A DNA stretch of 64,000 nucleotides from Octopus vulgaris (taxonomy: Eukaryota): positions 930,001 to 994,000 of the forward strand of contig OX597831.1 in the NCBI GenBank assembly GCA_951406725.2. Reading direction: 5' to 3'. The first letter of the stretch is position 1. Each line of letters begins with the position of its first letter. The notes below the pieces were generated by a model. That model made no database searches. It saw only the letters and a program-made list of their open reading frames with translations, and had not been told where the DNA came from. Made by a program: the position numbers and the translations under genes. Of the stretch, positions 54,562 through 64,000 are shown in pieces.

Positions 54562-55596
54562 GTCTTTAATCAATGTATCTCAGAGAAGGATATAAACATG
54601 TATGTCAATAAATTATATAAACAAAACTAAGTCCCTTGAGATATTTGTTCAATACCGAGTTAGAGACACTTCTCTCACATTTTCTGCCAGCAATGTAGTG
54701 AACTGCCGATGGTTGCTCTGTCAGAAAGTTGTAGACAATGCTGCTATTGCCTATGAATGTGAAAATATAATAAATAACTTTTTGGTGATCATAATTATGA
54801 CAATGTTTATCAGCCTATGTTTTAAATAATTTTGAACTCCATTAATAATGTACCAGAGAGTAGAGGTTGACTTTGTAACATCATCATCATGATAATCACT
54901 CACTACTACCATGAGTTTCATTCAAAAGGAATGAAACAAGTCGAAGAGTGTTGTTCAAGAAAGTTTTAAAAGCTGACACAGAAGTCACATGTATTTTGAC
55001 TTTCACCTTTGAGCCAATACATGAGTCTTTACATCAATGATTCCTAACCACCTTTGCACCATGGATAAGTTTCTACATGGTTGCTCAGTCTACATGAAAT
55101 AGTAAACCAATTACAGATAGGAACAAAATCACTTGTGTAAATCAATGAAGCAGGTTGTGTGTGAACCAACAAGACAAAAAAAAAAAACACTTTGCAGTTG
55201 CTGAACCTGCTGAAAATAGTAGCAAAATCCTCCTTAAATCACATCTTATCTAGTTAAATAAAGAACGATCTATTAGATTAGACATGTTTTCAGAGATGAT
55301 TGCAGAGGAACAACACTCTTTGTATGATAGTGATATTTACTTATAATTACAAGGTGACACAAACAAACAAACAAACACACACACACAGGGCCTCACTACT
55401 CAAACCCAGGATGCCTTCAATTGAACCCACCCTGTAGCAAGTATCAGACCACATCTCTTGTTTAAGTAGCTGTATTTTCCTAAATTTTTCTCATCAGTCT
55501 CAGAGACCTTGCATTAAGTTTACAGGTGTTACCTTTTCTCCTCTAAAGAAGTCATAAAAAATATATCTTTACCTCTCAAAACATATAAACAACTAC

Positions 55597-56022
55597 AGGT
55601 CCAGGTATGACTGTGTGGTAAGAAGGTTGCTTCCCAACCACGTAGTTCTAGGCACTTTGGGCAAGAGTCGAGTGCAATAACCTCAGGCTGACCAAAGCCT
55701 TGCTAGTGGGTTTGGTAGATGGACACTGAAAGAAGCTCATTGTGCATATGTGTGAGTATATGTGTGTATGTGCATGTGTATGTGTGTGTGCGCGCATGCA
55801 TATGTGTTTGTCCTCCACCACTGCTTGACAACTGATGTTGGTTTGTTTACAACCCAGTAACTTAATGGTTCAGCAAAAGAGATTGACAGAATAAGTATCA
55901 TGCTTAGAGAAAAAAAAAAAAGATACTGGGGTCAATTTGTTCAACTAAACCCTTCAAGGCAGTGCCCCAGCATGGCTGCAGTCAAATGACTGAAACAAGT
56001 AAAAGATAACAGATGAAAGATA
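55597..56022 (+). mobile_element. SINE family A (diverged)
   Basis: Colinear with 41385-41782. Confidence 0.8.
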
Positions 56023-56342
56023 ACCACAGGTCAACAAACTCAAAGCACATTTGTAAACTCCCATGTGCACTTAGTCCAGAAGACACAGTTGAGGGCTTTT
56101 AACAAATATCAACAAGAAAAACTCTCAGATTGCTCATTTGTGTCAATGTGCTTTTTCCATGTTAGCATAGTTAGATAGGTATATTATTGAGACATTGTTT
56201 TACAGTCAGCTGCCATTCCTGTCTCTAATCCTTCCTTATCTGTTTTCCACAAGTCTTCAAAAGTGTAAAGCCAGTGAACAATTTGTTAACAGGGGAAATG
56301 ACAACAATGTCTCTGCTTGCAGCCATGTAATTTCCAGGGAAG

Positions 56343-56382
<40 letters not shown>

Positions 56383-56392
<10 letters not shown>

Positions 56393-56546
56393 AAAAATTG
56401 AATAGAAATTGCTTTTCTGATAATTTTTCCACTTAAATAATCAGATGCTTAAACATCTAATTATTAAAGTAGAAAAATTAGCAGAAAAGCCATTTCTATT
56501 CAATTTTTCAAATATATAATACTCTATCAGGGGTTTTCTATTTCTT
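56383..56546 (+). repeat. AT-rich ~135-bp palindrome plus short tail, in (TA)n
   Basis: TTTGAAAAATTGAATAGAAAT...ATTTCTATTCAATTTTTCAAA. Confidence 0.75.
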
Positions 56547-56691
56547 ATATATATATATATATATATAGGGAGAGAGAGAGAGAGAGAGAGAGAGATAACA
56601 AGTTTCTTTCAATTTCTGTCAACTATTCACAAGGCTTTGTAAGTGCATGTGTATATACACACACACACACACACACATGCACATATTATAA

Positions 56692-56960
56692 AAGTATGTG
56701 GCCTAATGGTTAGAGTTTTGACCTTATAAATATAGGGTTGTGGATTCAATTCCTGGAGTCAGAAATGTGTTTTGTCTTTAAGCAAAGTTCTTCATTTCAT
56801 GATACACCATTCAGCTGTAAATGAATACCAGCCAAGTCTGAGTGCTGATCCATTCCCTTCTCTGTCCAGAAGTTACACTCTGCTTGTCCCATTGGGTCAA
56901 ATTTGAGGGATGGACAAGAGGGTGCTTGTGTCTGCTCATGACTACAGAGGCAACAAAAAC
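56692..56960 (+). mobile_element. SINE family F copy
   Basis: Homologous to 3340-3622. Confidence 0.55.
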
Positions 56961-57051
56961 AATTAGTAAAAGCAGGGTACATGTTACTAAGTCATACTTA
57001 CTTGTGACTGACACCCTTGCTCTTTCATATGTGTATTTATATAATGAGGAG

Positions 57052-57421
57052 ACCTATTGAATCAAGTACATCAACATCAAAATAAAATGGAAATTGTAGT
57101 TGTGATACCCATGCCAGTGGCACGTAAAAAGCACTATCTGAATGTGGCCGGTGCCAGCGCCGCCTTGACTGGCTTCCGTGCCGGTGGCATGTAAAAAGCA
57201 CCAACCGATCATGGCCATTGCCAGCCTCCTCTAGCCCCTGTGCTGGTGTCACGTAAAAAGCACCCACTACACTCAATGAGTGTTTGGCATTAGGAAAGGC
57301 ATCCAGTTGTAGAATCACTGCCAGATCAGACTGGAGTCTGGTGCAGCCTCCTAGCTTCCCAGACCCCAGTCAAACCATCCAACCCATGCTAGCATGGAAA
57401 ACGGACGTTAAATGATGATGA
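57052..57421 (+). mobile_element. SINE family C with 3 internal repeats
   Basis: GGCACGTAAAAAGCAC x3; CCATGCTAGCATGGAAAACGGACGTTAAAT(GAT)n. Confidence 0.85.
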
Positions 57422-57810
57422 TGAATGAGGGAAATGGAAGATGGATTTAGTAAGAATCTTTATTCAGCACAACAGTCGTTTCAATCTATCCTGCATCTGT
57501 CCCTTATGGGCGAGATATAGTACACCTAATTGTGTTGCATCCATCAATGCAGGCTGTGACTTGTCAGTATATGTAGTAGTGTATCTTATTTACACTAGAC
57601 ACCTGATGAGACACAGCCTTCATTGATGGATGCAACACAACGGGATGTACTATATCTCACCATTAAGAGACAGAGGCAGGATGGGTTGAAACGATCATTG
57701 TGCTGAATGAAGATTCTTGCTAAATCTATCTTCCGTTTCCCTCATTCACTATAAACTCGTTGTAACTGTGGAATTCCTGACATAGATCCAGTGACAATCA
57801 TATTGTAACT
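57422..57810 (+). mobile_element. 327-bp fold-back element with long-stem-II hammerhead motifs
   Basis: Arms 57422-57567 and 57603-57748; right arm CAC-CTGATGA-[78 nt]-GAAA-CGATCA-TT-GTG. Confidence 0.7.
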
Positions 57811-58188
57811 GTGGATGGCATCAGATAGCCTAAATGGTGAAAGTGCTCTGATTGACATACTATTAGACATACACTCAAAGCCCAAATAATTACGCTTGCT
57901 TCCTCACTACTTGGTTCTTGGTTCAGTCCCTCTGTGTGACGCCTTGGACATGTGTTTTCTACTATAGCCTCAGGCTGACCAAAGCCTTGTGAGTGGATTT
58001 CGTAGGCAGAAATATATACTCAAATAAACATCAGCACAAACATACAGACACTGAAACTCATACACACGTGTGTGTGTGAGCAATTAAAGCCAATCCCCTG
58101 TTTTGGTGGTACAATAAAATGAACATTATCTATGCCATAAAGTGGGGGTGGTAGGAAGAGAAAAAAAGATTAATAAAATAAAAAAGTA

Positions 58189-58602
58189 CAGATGAAGATG
58201 TGTGGTAAGAAGCTTGCTTCTTCACTGCTTGGTTCTGGGTTCAGTCCCTCTATGTGACAACTTGGACAAGTGTCTTCTACTATAGCCTCAGGCTGACCGA
58301 AGCCTTGTGAGTGGATTTGGAAGACAGATACTAAAAGAAGCCCATTATATGTATCTATCTAGCTGCCTATCTATCTATCTGTGTGTGTGTGTGTTTGTGT
58401 GCCTTTGTGTATGTGGTCCCCTCCACTTGACAACTGGTGTTGGTTTGTTTATATTCCCGTAACTTAGCAGTTCAGCAAAAGGAATGACAGAATAAGTACC
58501 AAGCCTAACAAAAGAATGAGTACTGGGTTGATTCACTCAACTAAAAATTCAGGGCAGTGCCCCAGCATGGCCACGGTCTAATGACTGAAACAAATAAAAG
58601 AT
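58189..58602 (+). mobile_element. SINE family A (diverged)
   Basis: Colinear with 41385-41782; partial copies also at 57880, 39846 and 59323. Confidence 0.8.
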
Positions 58603-59477
58603 GCAACAAGAGACTGCGTACACAAGCAACAAAAATTGGTGACCTTCTCTGTTGCTATGGATACTATGTGAAGAAGGACGGTGATAAGTGTGGTTGTGTG
58701 GTTGAAATGTTCACTTGCCAACCACATGGTTTCAGAAAGAAGTCATCCTACATGAATATACATGTGTATGCATGTTTGTGCCTCTTTACCTGGACATTGC
58801 AAAATAGTTGTAAACAAGCGTTTACAAGCAGCATCTTTCATTTCTGAACTTTCATGAAAGCATGCCAACCATGAAGAAATATTATCATGCTTGGAAACAG
58901 ATGAGGGTTGGCCACAGGAAGGGCATCCAGCCACAGAAAAAAAAAGTGCCTCAAAGAGTTCCATCTGACCCATGCAAGAGTAGAAAAGGGGACTTGAAGA
59001 TGATGATCATGATACCAACATGCACATACACACAGAAACACATATACATTCAAGTACATAAATAAAAAAAAAACACTTAGACTTAGACACATGCATAAAT
59101 ACACACACCAACTTATCTATAAATACACATACATCTATAGAATCATGTATTTCTATGTATGTATGTATGTATGTCCATAAACCCACAAAATACTGTTCAT
59201 ATTTTTCTAAATTTATATATATAATGTCATCATATACATATACATTATCCTCTGTGTGTGTGTATAGGTGTGTGTATGTGTGTGTGTGCGTGTGTTTGTG
59301 TGTGTGTGTGTGTGTGTGTTTAGGGGCACAGGAATGGTGATGTGGTTGAGAAGCATACTTCCCAAATACATGGTTACAAGATCAGACCCATTGCATGATA
59401 CCTTTAACAAGTGTTTTCAACTATGGCCTTGACTGACTAAAGCCTTGTGAATAGATTTGGTAGATGGTTACATAAAT

Positions 59478-59553
<76 letters not shown>

Positions 59554-59744
59554 AAATGTGTGAGTTTTTGTTTACGTTTACATTGATTGTTAAAACAGGT
59601 GTTGTGTCCCATTATGTCAACAAGTTGATAAATATAAAAATTGATTAATTAAGTAGCAGATATAAATAAGTTATGGAAGTTAATATGATCAAGTAAATCC
59701 TTTTAAGGCAGTGAAAATGAATAAAACAACATATATACATAAAA

Positions 59745-60233
59745 CTATCTAACCCCTCCCCCATTAAATGAGGTGTCTTTGTCTTGGAAATTACTTGGTG
59801 ACCCTGCCAGTGCTGGTGCCACAAGAAAAGCATTTAGTAGACTTGTAAGGTGGTTGGCATTAGAAAGGGCATCCAGCCATAGAAATCATACCAACGCAGA
59901 ATATATAGCTTAGCACAGTCCTCTGGGTTGTCAGATCTAGTCAAATCATCCAACCCATGCCAGCGTGGGAAGCAAACATTAAATGATGATATATGTATTA
60001 TAAAATATATTTTATATATGTGTGTGTATATCATGCTAGTGTCACGCTAAAAGCACCCAGCACACACTGTAAAGTAGGTGGTGTTAGGAAGGGCATCCAG
60101 TTGTAGAGACCAAGCCAAATCAGACTGGAACCTGGTGCAGCTCCTCAGCTTGCCAGCACTGGTCAAACCATCCAACCCATGCCCACGGACACCGGACATT
60201 AAATGACGATGATGATGATGATGATGATGATGA
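59745..60233 (+). mobile_element. Two family C copies
   Basis: AAGGGCATCCAG...CAACCCATGC...(GAT)n at ~59865 and ~60090. Confidence 0.7.
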
Positions 60234-60250
60234 TACATCATATATTTACG

Positions 60251-60316
<66 letters not shown>

Positions 60317-60456
60317 TGTGTGTGTGTTTGTGTGTACACGTGTATATATGAATATATACACACATGATATGGCTCTGTATGGATGCTGTCCATACTGATG
60401 AATACAATAATATACACTCATACACATAAATGCATTGATACATGCACCTGCACACC

Positions 60457-60491
<35 letters not shown>

Positions 60492-61029
60492 GCACACACA
60501 TCTATACACACTCCCTGTTTATCATCTGTTTTCCTTCCCATTCACAAGCTCAGTGTCCAATGGGGATGGAGAGGGTGAAAGAAGAACCCCCCCACCGACC
60601 ACTCCTTTATCGTTTCTTCTCTCTTCCTTGCCACAGTGAGTCATATGACACAACATCCATGGAAGAAACAATAGGGAAAATCATAGCTGAAACAAAGGAT
60701 AGTGAGGAATGATAGAATAACAGAATAAGAGGATTGGGGAAAATGAGAATGAAGAAATGAAAGAAGAAAATGGTGAAGGAAGGAAGAAATGGAAGACTAG
60801 GAAAGAGAAATGAATAAGAGAATGAAAGGTATAAACACATGCACAATGTCAAGTTATTGTCAGTAACTTAGTAGTGTTATGTAGTCACTCTTAATAGTTA
60901 GTATTAATAGTTAGTATTGATAGTGACTAGTTGACTATAGTGAGCTCTGGACTGTGGAGATTAATGTAGTATTGTAGTGGTTAGGAGTTGACAGCGATGA
61001 CTAATTACTATTAGTTAATGTTGATCATT

Positions 61030-61800
61030 AGTATAGGACTGTGGTAGTTAGTACTGAAATGTAATGGTTAGTGTAGGACCAAGGTGGTTTGTATAGGACT
61101 GTGATAGTATAGGATTGTGGTGGCAAGTATAGAACTGTGGTGGTTAGTATAGGACTGTGGCGGTTAGTACAGGACTGTAATAGTGAGTATAGGACTGTGG
61201 TGGCTAGTATAGAACTGTGATGGTTAGTATAGGACTGTTGTGGTTAGTATAGGACAGCTATAGGACTGTGACAGTATAGGACTATAGTGGTTAATGTAGG
61301 ACTGTAGTGGTTAGTTTAGGAATGTGGTGGTTAGAATAGGAATGTGATGGTTAATATAGAACTGTGATGGTTAGTGCAGCATTTGATGGCTAGTTTTGGA
61401 CTGTGGCTGCTAGTATAGGATTGTGGTGGATAGTATAAGACTGAGGTTAGTATAGGACTGTGAAGGTTAGTATAGGACTGTGGTAGTTAGTACAGAAATG
61501 TAATGGTTAGTGTAGGACCATGGTGGTTTGTATAGGACTGTAGTGGTTAGTTTAGGAATGTGGTGGTTAGAATAGGAATGTGATGGTTGATATAGAACTG
61601 TGATGGTTAGTACAGCATTTGATGGCTAGTTTTGGACTGTTGTTGCTAGTATAGGATTGTGGTGGATAGTATAAGACTGAGGTTAGTATAGGACTGTGAT
61701 AGTTAGTATAGGATGGTTGTGGTTAATATAGAACTGTGATAGCTAGTATAAAATTTTGGTTGTTAATATAGGACTGTCGTTGTTAGTATAGGATTGTGAA
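61030..61800. repeat. 20-bp minisatellite (GGTTAGTATAGGACTGTGGT) with higher-order duplication
   Basis: More than 30 degenerate units; 61301-61462 is repeated at 61537-61699. Confidence 0.9.
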
Positions 61801-62015
61801 AGTGGCATATTATAATGATTAATATTGGTGGTTTGTACAGGGCTATGACACTTAGTATTCATTAGTGCTATGCTGATAGGTTAATCTAGTATTCAGGTGG
61901 TTAATGGTACACTTGGTAGTTTGTGGTATATTCTGGTGGTTAATATAAGATTGTAGTAATGAATTAGTGTATAGAACTGTAATGGTTTAAGAAAACCTGA
62001 GATAATCAATGATGT

Positions 62016-62119
<104 letters not shown>

Positions 62120-62629
62120 CGAGTGTTTAAAAATTCCAGCACATTGGATGTATGATGTATCATGATGTGATGGTCAGATTTGGAATTTAGCCTTGTGGGG
62201 TTTCAGTTAATAGTGTAGACATGTTACATAGTGTATAGTGCAATAGTCTAGGTACAACGTGGTAGGTAGGGCATGAAAGTAAGGGCGTGTTGTATGGGGC
62301 AAAGTGTGACAGGGCATGTTGAGTGTGTCATAGTATGACTTCCAAGACATGTTATATGAAGTGTTGAATGTCAATCTGGAGATATAGTGTAACAATTAAA
62401 GCAATTAAGGTTTGTTGTACTGGGTGATGTGTGGGAGTTGTGAAGAGTTTTCTGAGTGGTATGGTCTCATAATTCAGCCATGGGGTTTGGCTAAATTACA
62501 ATGTGGTAGTTTGGACATACTGCATCCTATTTTGCTGTTTAGTTTGTTCAAATGAAACAGACATACAACAACAGCCAGTTCAATGGACCAGAGGTATTTG
62601 TCGTAGCAGTAGGAGAGAGTATAGTTTAA

Positions 62630-62849
62630 CTCTTTAGTGTTCAGTTTATTCTGTCAAATGTGATGTTTGTTTATTTAAAATAGTTTGAATTAATCCTGCA
62701 TTATCTTGTAGTTTAGCTATTTCAGTGATGTGATTTTTTAGTTTTAGAATGACATGGTAGGGCTGAGGTGAGAGGCGAGATCTGGTCAGTTTCAATATAA
62801 AACAGGTTAAATATTTTGGCCGGATATGGCCAGCTTGAATGCTAAAGGG
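62630..62849. mobile_element. TTAA-flanked piggyBac-type MITE (second family)
   Basis: TTAA-CTCTTTAGTGTTCA...TGAATGCTAAAGGG-TTAA. Confidence 0.7.
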
Positions 62850-62923
62850 TTAAAAATGACCGAATGCTTGCAGATTGTTAATGAGTGTTTAAATGTTTGC
62901 CAACATTTTGAAGGGAAAGATGG

Positions 62924-62964
<41 letters not shown>

Positions 62965-63027
62965 GGGGGAGAGATAAAAATGGGCAACAGAAACCTTGTG
63001 GAAGCAACTGATACAATTTAACATATA

Positions 63028-63073
<46 letters not shown>

Positions 63074-63359
63074 GGAGGGGTGGGTGTATGTATATATTTG
63101 TGTGTAGGTGGGGTGTATGTATACATATATGTGTGTGTGTGGGGTATATGTATATATATGTGTGTGTGCATGAATATGTATATATGTATGTATACAGTGT
63201 ACATAGGGATGGGAGAGAAGTTCCAAGCAGTGGCCAATGGTCAGGATCTGGGAATGTGTAATTCAAATAACTAGATGTGAGCTGCAATAACTATAGCCAT
63301 CTTCTGACATTTTACATATCATTGTGTCTTGATTCTTAAGGAAGTATATATGTATATAT

Positions 63360-63670
63360 ATCACGTGATCACGTGACCGACCAGTCCATCAGATGTAGTT
63401 ACACATCGCTGGTCACAATGCGTTCGCATTGTTTTAGCCTTCAAATGACGCCACCCTGCTGGCTAAGCGAGCAGGCCAATAGAAGAAAGAGTGGTAGAAA
63501 GTGTGGTGAAAGAGTACAGCAGGGATCGCCACCACCCCCTGCCGGAGCCTCGTGGAGCTTTTAGGTGTTTTCGCTCAATAAACACACACAATGCCCGGTC
63601 TGGGAATCGAAACCGCAATCCTATGACCGCGAGTCCGCTGCCCTAACCACTGGGCCATTGCGCCTCCACA
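63360..63670 (-). mobile_element. Young tRNA-derived SINE (family E)
   Basis: Minus strand GGAGGCGCAATGGCCCAGTGGTTAGGGCAGCGGACTCGCGG...GGTTTCGATTCCC (A and B boxes), CpG-rich body, (ATCACGTG)2 tail. Confidence 0.75.
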
Positions 63671-63744
63671 TGTATATATATATAAAGTTTGGATAAGCGA
63701 TATGTTCAGTGTAAGTTTGAAGCAACTGTCAATAAAATTATTGA

Positions 63745-63963
63745 TTTCAAAATGGGGCACAAGGCCAGTAATTTTGGAGAAGGGGATAAGTCAGTTACAT
63801 CAACCCCAGCACTCAACTGTTACTTATTTTATCAACCCCAAAAGGATGAAAGTCGAAGTCAACGTTGGCGGAATTTGAACTCTGAGCACGAAGACAGATG
63901 AAATGCCACTAAGCAATGAAAACACAAAGCATGTGTTAACAATTCTGTCAGCTTGCTACCTTC
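63745..63963 (-). mobile_element. SINE family B copy
   Basis: Reverse complement of the family B body. Confidence 0.7.
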
Positions 63964-64000
63964 AATAAAATTATTAAAAACATTGGTTTTAACATTTGTA

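Noticed and set aside
60608-60712. Polypyrimidine-CAG followed by a short frame (ESYDTTSMEETIGKIIAETKDSEE*); similar acceptor at ~11558
   Set aside because: No recognisable protein similarity or partner exons.
63590-63668. tRNA-like sequence
   Set aside because: No proper acceptor stem and continues into a SINE body; treated as a SINE head.

Overview
AT-rich, microsatellite-dense, repeat-dominated eukaryotic (metazoan) DNA. The SINE repertoire and (TA)n/(CA)n load look like a cephalopod, probably Octopus; this is inferred from memory, not from a search. I find no intact protein-coding gene, and nearly all ORF-track entries are microsatellite artefacts, so the window is most likely intronic or intergenic. 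It contains several tRNA-derived and other SINE families, decayed RTE and CR1-type LINE fragments, a Penelope GIY-YIG remnant, a DD37D (maT) transposase remnant, TTAA (piggyBac-type) and hAT-type MITEs, a non-autonomous Helitron, and simple and higher-order tandem repeats. The main finding is at least five distinct families of short fold-back (palindromic) elements whose arms carry minimal type I hammerhead-ribozyme motifs. Some have catalytic cores that covary at the 3-8 tertiary pair (C3-G8, G3-C8, U3-A8). They are probably inverted pseudo-LTR relics or non-autonomous derivatives of Penelope-like elements. Ribozyme activity is predicted, not shown.
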